Shown: piece by piece, positions 42,295 to 55,800 of the stretch
Layout: each line of letters opens with the position of its first letter
Numbering within the stretch: position 1 is the first letter of the stretch
Assembly: GCA_040954595.2 (NCBI GenBank)
Contig: CM082576.2
Span: 12,403,129-12,467,128, forward strand
Source: Balanoglossus misakiensis
Taxonomy: Eukaryota; Animalia; Hemichordata
DNA length: 64,000 nt
Direction: 5' to 3'
Notes under the pieces: generated by a model
The model's input: the letters and a program-made list of their open reading frames with translations, nothing else
Told to the model about the DNA's origin: nothing
Database searches by the model: none
Translations under genes and position numbers: made by a program

Positions 42295-45200
42295 TTATCC
42301 ATCCATCCATCCATAACAACCAACCACAAAGACTTTCAGACAGCTAGGCATGAATCAGAAAGCTTGTTTGGAGATGAGTTGATAAATATAGATCTTGCCT
42401 TTGACTGATTGGTAGCCTGGTCTGACTGGATAAAAGCGCTTATTCTATCTGACACAAGTTGAAGGCCATTTGTCTGACACAAGCCACGGAAGTCATTACT
42501 GATGCTAAAATTAGTAAAACAGATCTGTTTTTGCTGCAATATGTTCCAAGACTAATTTTACTCATCGTATTTTTACTCCCTTTCCGACACTTTATTTCAG
42601 TCTTCCGGTGGTGTTTGTTGGACTTTGGCTCGTTGCGTTGGTAACCATACGTCAGCTGAGCTCAATTAGTTCAGTAAAGGAACTTGATAGCAGGATATAT
42701 CAAAAACTTTTAAAGTAAGTCAACAGTTAAATTATAACTCATGGTAAAATTATAACTCGTGGTAGCAAGGGAAGGTATCACTATACATAGCAATATTGCG
42801 CTTTCTAATCACGTTGGTGATGATGCCAGCAAGCCTACGGGGAGTATCGTCAATACTTATGGTCAAAGAGCAACAGCCTGAGGGAAGGCTGCAAATTGTG
42901 ATATTGTCTGATCTTCCTTTGTTACTAATTTTATTAAGCCAAGCATTTGAACGCATGAAAGGAGGAAATTGACTGTTCTGTGGAGACAATCCCAGCACAG
43001 TTTGTTCGAAATTGTGCCAGAGAATATGTTACAATAGCCAATCATGGAGAGAGTTTGGAGCGTGTGTTCGAAATGCTAAGTATGCGCATGCAGGGGAACG
43101 CTGGCTTGAGAATACTCAGTGGGCAAGTATTACCTCATGTGTCTTTTGCAGTTACGTGAACAGAGTGGTACGTGTTATCTATAGTGTCATATCTTAGTCT
43201 CTGCAGACAAAGTCTGTGGGGAACTTTAATTGGACTCCGTGCATCTGTGCACCCATCTGTCTGTCTTGAGCTGTTTCTCAGATAATCAAATCAAATTCTT
43301 TCAAACTTGCCACAAGCTTAATACTCTCTGTACATAAATGTATATGCTTGTCAATTTGTTTTGTGACAGTCTCCCATTTTGCATACAATTTGGTGTGAAT
43401 ATTGAAAAAGTTATAGAACACAATAGACAACAGCCCAGGAAGTTCAGAAAGTTTAAGCGAATGAATTATCCAGTGTCAGCATATTTTATGGTATTTTCAT
43501 TTTGAATGAAGTCTATATGTCAAGCTAGAGTGATGCAGAAGAAGTGATCAAAATAATTAGATGCAATTCTAAATTTGCTATCTTCTGAAACTCGCGTCCT
43601 TAGTTTTAAAGACCATGACGTTGGCAATTCATGTAATGTAAATATGATTAAAAACCTCCACACTGAAGATACAGCGATTGCTCTAGACTCTTTGAATTCC
43701 ATCACTCACTCACCAACATAAAAAAAACCTCAAACAGATCTCGTTAGTTCTAATCTGTTTCTGTGATCACTATAAGAACTCATAAATCATATTACAATGT
43801 GTAAAATTAGTTTTATGTTTGTTTTGCCGCGCTAAAAATACACCCTTATCAAAAAATCAGGATAGAATTTCTGCAGATTATAAGAGGAATCTATCAGCCA
43901 GTGTCTACATGTTATTAGATTAAAGGCGCATTCCGAGCGAGACTCATTGCAATCATTACTGTTGATGTAAACGCAGGTAGCGAGAGATTGAGTGAAGGGA
44001 ATAGCGTTTGGTAATTGAGTACAGCTGACTTTGTCGTATAAGGAATGGGAAAATAGATTAGCGTGACAATACTGCGGTCTCTCTGTTTTCAAATTGGTTA
44101 AAGTCATTGGTAAAACCCTATCTATTACCAGGCAGTGTTTTCAATTATTTTTAAAATGCGATACCCTGGATCCTTGTTCACCTAGCTGTCACTTATTTTA
44201 GAATGTTTACGTTGCACGTACCCGTTGTCTGTGATTTCACTTGAAGACACATTCACAAATACCCTCGGTCAGTTTTGATCTAAAAAATGCAACTAAAAAT
44301 AATTTATTACTATGTTACCATGGTAACAAGTACTTATATTTTTTGCTAAAAAAACACATGCATCTTCTACTGTCAAATTCTATTTGGGGTTTACTCATTT
44401 TTGGCATTTTCATCCGTGAAAAAAACCTGACTGTAAATCCTGGTACCACGGAAACAAGCGACAGTTCTAACCCAGGAAATGATTCTGATTATCGGCACGG
44501 CGATGGAAGGACGTGTCAGTCATCATGCGTTTGACAGCTATGGCTGTGTTGTTGGAGTCTACCGTAGATGAAGTGAGGGCTTACTTTCACCTCCATGAAA
44601 TTAGACACAGAAGCCGCGTTATTAGTTCTATTACCTGGGGGAAATAAAAAAATCTGTCTGTTCAGCGTGTGCGACTTGATAACTGCCCCGGAGTATTTTG
44701 ATTGATAGCGGTTCAGTAAGTTTTTAAAAAAATTGCAAAATAGAGTGCTCCTATCTATTTGAAGTGCATCCCTGTTATCAATTATGCCAGCAGGTATGTA
44801 AAAAATGTATATCAAATACTGTCACTGTTATATTGAAAGTTGATATTCATCTGGAAAAATCGATTCACGTTTATCGTTAGTACACAATATTTGATATCGG
44901 ATATCTTCGGCACAGCTGTGTTGGTTTTTGCTTTCAGCAGGCGACGATTATTTTTAACCGTAGATACTCGGGTGCATGTGTTTCAACAGACTATAAAAGT
45001 AAACATGTCTCTCCTTTTGTAAGAATACAGACTCCGGGGCTGTTCTGTTGATGTGTGTGACGCCAAAGTTTGTGTGGCTTGGAGAGAAAAGTGGCAGTTT
45101 CTAATCAGGCTGTGTATTGTTAGGCCGAGTGGATTGCATCCCGTCTTGAAGTGATTGCTATAAACCCAGAGGTAAATTGGTTTGGAACTGGAGTTCCTCC

Positions 45201-48200
45201 CAGCAGCGCACCTCTAAGGCAGCCATCCAACAATCAATTTAATTAAGAGTGCATTTCTTTTTATCGTGAAGCCCGAATAATAATAAAAGAAAAGTAAGAT
45301 TGCAGTTGTTGGCCGTCTGCTCAGTATAGCCACTGATTTGATGCATTGACATCAATAGATTTTTGGACATTTGTAGATTACTCGCCTGACGTTAATGTTG
45401 CTGTTGGTTCTATTAAGCCGGTTCTTGAAGAGAACAATGCAAAATCAAAATGGCCTGGTTGATTACATGCCGGGGGTCTGTCTGTGAAATGCATTGAAAA
45501 TTCTGTGTAATACCACGTGTGCCAAGTCTGAGAATACAGAGTAGTGTGACAGATTGCAATATCCTGTTAAGACGTATTCTGTCGGCATGAAGTCACTTTT
45601 GTAGTCTGGCAGAAAATACTAACATGCCCAGAGAGTTTCCTAAACTAACGAGTCGCCTTTGTATTAAACATGGCTGTTCAAACTGTCTTGAGGCGTGCAG
45701 TTGCTATGGGTTTCAGGGGAAAAGCCCCTGGACAGATCGAGTGCTGATGCTTTGTTGCTTTGTGAAATGTATCATTTCGTTTTGAATTAAGTTTATCAGA
45801 ACAGCAAAATAGATGCCAAACTTTGTAATATCAGTACTTGCATACTGATGACCAAACATCTCTCATATAGTCTCTTCTGAATTATATCAGAAAAAAAATC
45901 ATTCTCATTTTAACACACTCCTGAAAAATAAAAATCTTAAGACCCATTGGATTTGTTCATCAGAGACTTTTTCCCCAGAAATGTTTGTCAGATAGTATCT
46001 CAGAATTTAGAGCATATCAAAGTTCTGAAATTCAGCTTTCAGTTTGTTGCAATTTTAAATAGTAAATATCGTCTGGCCTACGTGCATGCAATAGGTGTCG
46101 GGAGTCAAAACTTCATGAATAGACCATTCATGTTGTCTTTTTTGTCAAAATAGTCTATGACCTCTTCAATACAAGGGTTCTTCTTTTAGTATTAAAATGA
46201 AATTTTAAGTGACATGTTTTGACAGCTACATAGATTGGTGGAATTATTCATGCATAAATTTATTACAATTTTTACCATCCTAACTGATAAAAAAACAATT
46301 TTTGATGTGCGTGTTAAACTGTTTTGATCTGCTTGGTTTGTAGTGATCACTAAAAATGATGGAAATTTAAATGCCACAGTGTGAGCTATAATTGGCATTA
46401 ATTAAATGCCAGACCAAAAATAGATCATCTCATGTATTTTCCCATGGCTGTAACAAACTGTGAAGCCCAAAATAAACTAAATTTGAGTACGCTGCTCACT
46501 GATTGTGCCTAAAAATAAACTCTGTCCAACCATTGAATAAATTTCGACATGCTCCACCCAGCTATACATATACGACAGGGGGTGTCAAAAGTGACTCAAA
46601 GATATGCATTCGATTTCACACTCCACTGCTGAATTCTAATGACAAATACCAGACGATTGATAGAATCCCACTCACAAACAACTTTCGCCACATACTCTGC
46701 CCACTACTCCAAAAATTTTGAAAAAAAGTCTGCAATTTTAAAGAATTTTTTTGAACGACAAAATGACTTCACCCCAGCACTTCAAGTCTGGCTCTCAGAA
46801 AGTGGAGACTTGTCAGAAAATGATGCCAATGCGGGCATTCTGTGAATACGATACCCAGTGAATGAAGAAATAGAACGCGCCATTCTGTACAAACTGTACA
46901 AACACAACCGAGTGAAAGATTTCATGAATGAGACACTCAAGTACGAAGGCATGTAGTGAAAGCCTAGCTTTGTGTGACACTTTCTGCAAAACATATACTC
47001 GTCACGATTCACTGATCATTCTGATGACTATGATAGCCTTGGAAATCTCCAAAGAATGTCTTTTATTAAAAATTCGATCAAAATAGGATGATAGATATGA
47101 AGTGATGTACTATTTGCGGTATAGGCATACGCGCGGATACATTCCAGTGGTGCAGCAGCGAAAACCTACCCAGGTGGATAATTTGACATCCGCGGTCTTC
47201 AGTCTGTAATTGCTCGGTCTAGAGCAGGATTTCTACAGGTTGCACTGATAGAAAGAATCCTTTATTGGTTCGAGGTTACCATGGCAATTCAGAATCCCTT
47301 CAAATCCGGAAGGCAATATCCATAGTCTGAGCGGAAAGATTTTTTTTGAGAGAGAGAGCGTAGAAATATTAAGTGGAAATGAAATGTAGTTGCTGATTTC
47401 TGGCTGCACCAGCAAACTCCAAGTTTTGTGTCAGCAAGACTCTCTTATCCAAGTATAATGGTGCATGGAGTTCTGGTTCAAGATATTCAATACGTATATC
47501 CCCCTTTCCCCCCTGTCAGTTCTTTTATTTGCCTAAAATCATAGGTACATAAAAAACAGACCGGGGCTATGTCGATAATCATAGTTTTTGATGGATAATC
47601 TTGAATGATCTTATTAAGTTTCAGTTTCAGACATAAATTTGATAATGAGATTTATTTTGAGAATAATGAGACTGCCCGCCAGGTAGTCATTAGATTTGAT
47701 TGGTTCAAAAATTATACCCTGCTGAGCTCTGATCGATCATAATGCACATCTTAATTCGCATTCGGATGTCTTTGCATATAAAATGAATAGCAGACTTTGG
47801 GTTTCATAGTTGGCAGATAAATTTACACACGATTTATGTTGTCATAACACTCTTGTACATATCATGATTTATCATCTCTGGAATTTTTGGAGAAATTCAA
47901 CAAAATTAAAAATTGAGGTGAGTATTAAACACCTTAAGTATACAGGTAGATGTTGTAGTTTACTCTGTAATAGCTGAGGCGTTTGATAACACTTCCAAAA
48001 TTTGTCTACACAAATTATCACATTAGACCATACATGTAAGCATTTGATGTACCATAGCATTATTTTATCTGCAGGCTATGGGTTGGTATTTGAGAAACAG
48101 TGGGCGGTTGTCTACAGAATGACGTCCAAACCGCAGACATCGAAAAACTTCTAAAGGTCTTAATACTGAGTTTATTGCGCTGAAGTGCTCCTTCAGAATT

Positions 48201-50751
48201 GATAAATGGATGTGATCTTTTCCAAACGGAAAATTGAATTTCGGTGTTTTTTCTTCTTGCGCTTGTTAAGTATGGCGAAAGAAACCACCTGGGGACTGAG
48301 GCTTTCATTCCGTTTCTCAAGAATTAATTGGAAGAGGCTATGAATATTTTATGTGGTTTATATTGTACAAGGTCAGAACTTGTCTGGAAATCTGTCACAA
48401 AAGATTGAAAACTTCAGCTGATGGGGTGATAAAATTACGACATTTGAAATCCACTACGGATAATTATATCAAGAGATAAAGGCCAGTAAGTTAGAGGAGC
48501 TTATACCGGTAGTATTTAAATTGCTTTCAAGTGAAAATGTGAAGATGGAAGCTTAGTTTATCAAACTATCAATATCTGTTTTATATGTTGTGCTTGTTTT
48601 TCCTTTTTATTTGTAGAAATTTCCGAAGCCTCTCTGCCATCTGCATTACAGCAGAGTCAGTGGACCTTCTCACAAACAAAGTCCAGAAATCTGAAGGTCT
48701 GAGTTTCTCTTAAAGTTGGCACAGAAACAAGGCACTGCCAAGTTGCTAAAATACAACTTTTACTATCGTCTTCTTTCATGATACTCTGATATAAATTTTG
48801 TGGTAGGAATCTGTTTCCATAACACTTATTCTGTAAATTACAGTTTAAAACCATAAAACTTTCCCTGCAAATCACCAGAAAAACTCCTGGAATGTCCCGG
48901 ATTTTGGGGGACTTCTAGCACGCGAATCATGAAAAATTTACACATGTCTGCAACTCTAAAGACAGTAACCAATTCTCTTGCATTACATTTTATTCTGCGG
49001 CTGATGGGAAAACACTGCCCAGGGGAGCCAGCCAAAATGTCTCTTTGCTCTGCAGGAGTTGATGTCATCTACGTTGACTATTCAGTGATTATGGCTACCG
49101 TGATTTCTGTTTAATGAGGGGGAAAATAGAAATTCTGACATTTCTATCTGGGTATGTGACTGTGAGCGTCATCCTTCACATTGACAAAAGTTTGCTTCGA
49201 CCCAGTCCATATGTCAAAGTCAAGAATCCTTGCTGTGCTGAAAGATCTGCTCTCTGACCTATCAAACTTCAAAGTTCAGAATGTCAGACTTGAACAACAG
49301 CAACATGTTACGCACTTGTCTCTTTGATGTTCCATCCCTGTACCCTGGATATTGTATTGCCATTTCAGATGGAAATCAAACGTATGGTTTCTTCACTGCT
49401 CATACCCTTGCCTCTGCAGCACCATGTTTCAACATTTTGAATGGTGTGATGACATTGAACTTGCCCTTTGAGGGTGTCAACTGGCTTTTCCTGAAAAAAC
49501 ACAAATTAATCTAGAACTTCATAATCAGCAAGACCGAACTTCCCCTTTAATGTTTTAAATTACTCGAATTCAAGATGCAACTGAGATGCTGTTTGTAGAT
49601 ACGTACTTTCACTATCATCTGCATGTATGAATACTTATTATGTAGCTCGATCTCTTTCTGAAAAATTCCTGTGACGTTTTGTTTCCTGTGAATCCTTTAA
49701 TTGGGATAATTTTCCCTTGTCAATGCACAGTAGTGGCCAGTAGCCAAGTGATACGCCCAACGAGTTGTTGGAATTCGTGACTTCATTACTGTTGCAAAAG
49801 TATATACTACTGGACTTAATACGAAAACGGAAGTGTTTATTGTGTATTCGTTGTGTATCATATCAAAACGAGTTGGGATGCATTTCAAACCATTCATTTC
49901 CTGTTAAAACCGAACGAAAGCTGAAACATCTGATTGTTGATTACCGGACGTGGTAAATTACCCCAATAGTTGTGATACGGACTCGGTGTTCGTGACATGA
50001 TGATGTCGATAGACTTCAGATTCCTGCACTTTAAATGTAGCTGCTATACCCTTCCCTGTTCAGCGTTTCCACTTTCACCTGCATCTGGGACTTGAGGCTG
50101 CTCCTTGGATCATTTTTTTCCAGTCTCATCTGTCACCGACGAGAGCTATCCGTCCACTTTGATTGCGAGCTGTTGTCTTTGCCATGGCAACACTGACATC
50201 ATTACCTAGGCAACGCTCCCAACAACACCGCGATGATAGCTACAGCCGATGCAGTAATTACCAGTCACCAATTACGAAGTTTATTGTGGCACCCCTTATA
50301 GCCACCAGCTGATGCGCGCTCGTTGACATCTCATTTTGTTATCATTATTAATAAAAAGTTGCATCCCTGAAATCTGTCTCCCGCAATACCCTGAGTGGTA
50401 TACGTACATCTCACAGCACTGCATAGGTATCTGTGTATAGCCAATTAATTTAATGCATATGTGAGCTGTCACAGAAAATAGCACTTCTTTAAGGTCATTC
50501 ACAGCGGCCATGTCAATTTTGGCATTATCCGTCACTCCATGGCAACAACTGGACACCTTAACGCTGCCTTAGTGGCCAGACAACTCAGAACTAACTTAGG
50601 GTGCCCTTGTCTGTGCAGATACCTGAAGGGATCGCTGCAGTACGTGGAGAATTTATCAACGCTGACTTCTCCGGAGAAAAACAAGTGGGATGAAAGCTGT
50701 AAAGTAACGGAAGATTTCGTCGAAAGGACGGAGATCTTTTACTCTTCGTAG
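32898..50751 (+). CDS. ERMARD: ER membrane-associated RNA degradation protein (C6orf70, DUF4209), about 682 aa
   Basis: 15 phase-consistent exons: 32898-32939, 33479-33656, 34207-34355, 34561-34662, 34965-35054, 35249-35346, 35626-35759, 35958-36072, 36341-36443, 36718-36747, 37361-37429, 38954-39405, 41728-41967, 42601-42714, 50619-50751. Motifs [84 protein letters not shown] resemble human ERMARD. Exon 1 is the least certain. Confidence 0.92.
37436..37455 (-). promoter_or_regulatory. CTCF-like motif
   Basis: TATAGCGCCCCCTACCCGTA, reverse complement of GGTAGGGGGCGCTATA, directly after the ERMARD exon 11 donor. Motif match only. Confidence 0.4.
42166..42314. repeat. Compound microsatellite (GATA/GACA)n-(CA)n-(CATC)n
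   Basis: Directly visible tandem units, including about 15 CA repeats at 42264-42293. Confidence 0.9.
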
Positions 50752-51946
50752 TTCAGTTCTTAAGGTAAGAACATTTGAAGTTTTAATAAATTAGTTGACA
50801 AGAAGCATTAATTGCTCAATCAAAATTAGACTATTGATAATTGGCAACTCTCATCCTATTTCCGTTGCATCTGAAAGTTGTCAAGAAATTTGACGATGAG
50901 TTTTGAAGTGCGAAGTGGAAACAGTAAGAGTGGGTAATTTTCATTTTATAATACAACACTTAGAGATGGGGACAGTATAGATGGAAAGAAAGAAAGAAAA
51001 AGCGATTCATTTAGTGGAATATTTTATAGGTCTGAGAGGTCACTTTTAAATTAGCAAATACATATCTTTATTGTGTTGAGACTGTAGGGGGTAGGGATGT
51101 GGGGGTTGGATGGCATGCTGCTTGCGCTTTTTATCCCAGTTTAGAAGATATATGAGTAGAAGAAAAGGTAAGGAGAAGTTTGGCTAAAGTAAGATGTATG
51201 GGACACGTAAATAAGAGATGGGGCTTGGGTATGGAGTCTAGACTAGATTTGAAAAGCAGATAATTAGATCTCTTACATATTGGGAAATTCATTGAATACA
51301 GTAGAGATCGCAATGCGTGATTTTGATCCCGTATTATGTCGAAGATGAAGACGCCCAAAAAAACTTTAATCTCATCATCGCGAAATGGCAACATTTTTAT
51401 TCTGTCTTGGTAAGACTGACACATTATGGATCTGTAAATGTTGGGCTTTTGATCAGGGACGAGATATCAAAGACAGTTGATTGAATCGAATCTCACAAAT
51501 GTGGACCCGGAGAACATTTTTGTGTGCGCACTACAGCCACAGTGGCGTCTGTTAGTCGTTAATAATGTTCCGTGAGATTTGCGTCGTTGGGTGAAAGAAA
51601 TCCGCAGAGCTAGTGCAGTGGGGGAAACTTTTCAAACCAAATTTAATCAATCTGACGTCAAAATGAAATTCAGCGATGAAAATTGAAATTGGAAAGCTTA
51701 GTTAATGTGCTAGTCAAATATTGGCCTGCTTATAAATATTCCATTGTTGACTCAATGAGTGAAATTACTGGATGGTTTCACTCTCGTTCCAGATTAGGTT
51801 TTTGTGATAATTACTTCTGCAGTGTCTGCCTTTATTTTCTGTTCTATTACTGTGTTCTAAAGTTGAAGCCTTTTTGTTTTAAGAAACAAACCATCAGTGG
51901 TTTCATCAACACCATTACAATCATTTCTTGGACCATAAACCCTAAC

Positions 51947-52310
51947 TTAAAGGGATACGGTCACCTCTAACTATATATGGTCAAAATGGCGTGTGTCTCT
52001 TTGACATTTAAGCAGTACATTGGATTCTCTGACTGATGAAAATAAAATTATCACATCAAATTTCGGGAGTATAAGGGTGAAATAACGGAGGCCTCCAAAT
52101 CCGTTCAACTTGTATGTTCAATATAATGCAATGCAGCGCTCTTGAATAAATTTCAATACCAAATGAAGAATTTTTCATGTTAACTATTAAAATCGGTTAA
52201 TACTGTCCAAGGTCTTGTTCAAGGCGTTGTATTCTGCAAATAATGAATAAATAAAATTCACTTTTTGAAGTTATATCCTGTAAAATTACTCATGGTTTCT
52301 GCACTTAAAA
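51947..52310 (+). mobile_element. Kolobok-like element fragment
   Basis: TTAA-AGGGATACGGTCACC terminus shared with 26830-26848. The right boundary is uncertain. Confidence 0.4.
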
Positions 52311-52719
52311 AACTTTCTAACTGTGTTTCATGCTTGAATTTCAAACATCAATAAAGCACCTCTAATTCAATATTTAAACTTTATATCAGACTTTTTCATT
52401 AAATTTTGCTTTTCCGTTTCCCAGCTGGGTCCAGTTCAGCTAAACCTATTTTACTTTCTAAGGAGGAAAACTAGATTACCTTCACTGTCAACCACAATGC
52501 CCTTACCTCCTTGAGAAATTGTCTTGATGGCTCAGTGTGACGCATCAGGCGGCCATCTTACGGAGCCATCAAGCATTGTGCAAACATTACTGAACATTCA
52601 GCACACATTGCTTGGTCACACTCCACTACACTAATGTGTATCTACTATGAATGTGGAATACGGCAAGTTGACTAAACTGTGGAAGTTAAAAATACACATT
52701 GATGCTCACGCGTCTGATA

Positions 52720-52850
52720 CTGTAAAACGTGAAATTTTCGCGACAGGAAATTTTCGCAATATCAAAAGAGGTAACTGTTACACGACGATTAATTTTCATG
52801 TTCTTGTATTCCATTGCATCACAATCTCCGAAAAATTCCCCGTTTTACAG
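52720..52850. mobile_element. Tc1/mariner-type MITE
   Basis: TA-CTGTAAAACG...CGTTTTACAG terminal inverted repeats with internal AAATTTTCGC repeats. The right TA has degenerated to CA. Confidence 0.65.
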
Positions 52851-55800
52851 CAGTTAAGACTGATGAAACATTTAGCGCATACAGACAGTTCTGCACAGCA
52901 CCGAATTAGAATTGTAGTATAAGTTACCTGTAATGAGGCATCTCCCAGCAGTCTAATATTTTACTCATTACACTATTCATTTTAAAAAGTGAAGTGTAAG
53001 ATAAAATTGTTTGGCATTTGAACCAATCAGGCTGTGTCCTGAGTCTGATAAGCTGAAAGAAATTCTTCAGAAGTCTTTTAACGTACAAGTCGAATACCCT
53101 TTTATTAGCAAGATGAGAAAACTAACACTGGGTCCCAGGTGTGCTATAGCTAGTTTTACTCAGATTTCTTCTTCACTGTTCAAAATGACTTCATAATATT
53201 CAATTTTGAACAAGCAAGGACTAGAAAGTCTTAGGATTTTTTTTCCTTTTTGACGAAATCTGTCACTTGTCAGATTGAAGTGTGCCTGAAGGGCATTCTC
53301 ACAATTACTGATAAAAAAACATGTTGGAAATGTGATTTTCCATACTCCAGGGCTCAGCTGCAAGTCTGACTAATATCATCATTTTTCATAATAATCAGGG
53401 TGGTTATATCAGTTCGTCTTGTACAAATTGGATCAGTGCTGGGGAATAAGCCCCATGTCAGCGAAAATATGGTCCAGGCTTCAGCAATTAACTATAAAGC
53501 AAGCACAGATTATGAAGTTTGCACACAGGGGTCCAGCTGAACCTTCATCAGTAGCATGCAAAGCAAGCCGATTTAATAATTTCCTGCTAATTTCCCGCCT
53601 GTGCGCTGTTCGATCACTCTATCAAAGTATGGTTGTGCGTGGTATGTGAAGGTATAGACATAACTCTGAAATAGAATTGACCTCCTTCCCCTACATGTAT
53701 ATTCCTGAAATGCAATCACCTGACTTACAAGTGCGTATTGTATACTGTTTGTACTGTATATTCCATTACATTGCATTGTATTGTATTGCAGGTGATACAA
53801 TACAAGCCCTAGTTAAAAAACCACCTTTCTCTTGTCTCCATGTTTGTACAATTTTAACACACATTCAACAGTGCCCCCATCAAAGACCTACATCATTGGC
53901 GCTCTCCTCATACAAGTAAATGCAAAATGTATCTTCATCCCGGGTTGCCAAGCAACTATCGACCGCTGTATGTTGATGCACTGAAATAATAGTATATGTT
54001 TAAAGCAGAAACATTATCTTTATTACGAAAAGCCATTCCCACTAAATAGGACATTTATCCCCCTGTTTTAAACTCGGAGAAAAAAAAAAGTGTTTCAGGC
54101 AAATTGGAGGTACTTTTTAAATGTCCATTAACCTCTCCAAACCCCTTTTGTCTGTCGTCTTAATCCTGGAGGGCTAGCTGAAATGTTGTGCATTTTTACA
54201 AGACTCTACTTGTCATATTTTCTTAATGTGTCCACGGTATATTAGTGTCACTCAGAGTCACTTCTAAGTGTTGCTGAAGAATACGATTATTTGAAGCTAA
54301 TTCCTTCTCAGAATCTTTCCCATGCATTTGTCAGTGATCCGAGCAGCGGTATAGACGCTGAGACTTGTAAATTAATGCAAAGTTACTGAAGGTTACAATG
54401 AAACGAACTCCCAGTCCCTGAGAAGCCAGTGGCCAATACCTCACGGATGGTAACTTACATACCAATTGAATCGATGAAGTTTGTGCCAGGCTCATTTCTT
54501 TTTCCTTGGCCGGCTCTTGTACATGGCTGAATATCAACTCCCACAGTGCTATTTCGGTCTCTTTTTGTGCATATATGTCTGTCTGTCTGTTTGTCTGCAT
54601 ACAGGTCTACAGGTGTATTAGGTCAGGAGTTTGATCAACTGATGCACCACATATTCCTTGGCTCTGTCATCGACATACAGTGAACTCAAGATGTGGGTCC
54701 ACTCAAAATTGACGGTCTTAGAAATGTGTGGTTGCATACATGTAATAAAGAAGGTGCTTTGGACCTGTACTCATATACCGGGGTATTCCTTAAAGGGATG
54801 ACGTGACAAGTCGTGCAGTTTGATCATTTTGGGGCATCAGTATTTACAAGGAGATTGTGCAGATAAATCAGTCACTTTCTCATTTTCATCAAACATTAAA
54901 ATATCAACATTAATTGCCACTTTAAGATGTTTTGGAACACTCTGTATTCTGCAGGCTGCAGCCTGTCTGTGTGTGAAGTATGTTGTTGTTGCCATTGATA
55001 ATTGAATTGTGCCCAGGCTTTAATTTGATTTGAACAATTCCAGCCCTTGTTTTTTACATCCAGGCTTTCTCAAAGAACTCATTGCACGGTGTTTCTGTGT
55101 GCTGTAGAACAAGAAACTGAAATTGGTGTATGGAATAAAAATTCTGACAAGATATATGAATCTAATAAACATCCCTTTATTAAAGTAAAAAAGCATTTCA
55201 AGGAAAATTTAAAGGAATTGTGTGAAAAGAAAATTAAAGCAAGAATTATCATGATCGCATCTTGGGGTACATTTCCAAAACTCATATCATGAGAAAAGTG
55301 TATAATCTTGTTACTGTAATATTCCAAAATTCGTCCTTAGAGATTGATTAAGGCTGACTCAATCAAGCATGTCGGATATTATCGGCCATCTAAATGAGAA
55401 AGGGGTGGAAAAGTCATAAGTATTACATCAGTGAAGTCTGGAATCATGCTTTAATCAGAATAGAGTGTCGCGCGTGCCTGGAATGGGATGACGGCAGATA
55501 AAAATTTTTATTCTAATCAAAGTCAGTCACAATAATGTGGCTGTAAACATGTGTACCTTGAATCGAGATGAAGAGTGGAATTTGATCCAAATGATTTGCT
55601 GGGTTAATAACTTTACTGTGCTTAAATAAAAATGAGAATTAGTAACAAGAATATTGTTGGTTTTGATTGACAGGGATCATTCAGCACAGCACAACTCAGT
55701 TGTCTCGAATCCTGTATCAAAGTTAAATAACGAGATTCTGAAAAATGCTGTCACAAACACATTTTAGGTGATGGCATTTTTGTATAAATATTAAAAGGAC

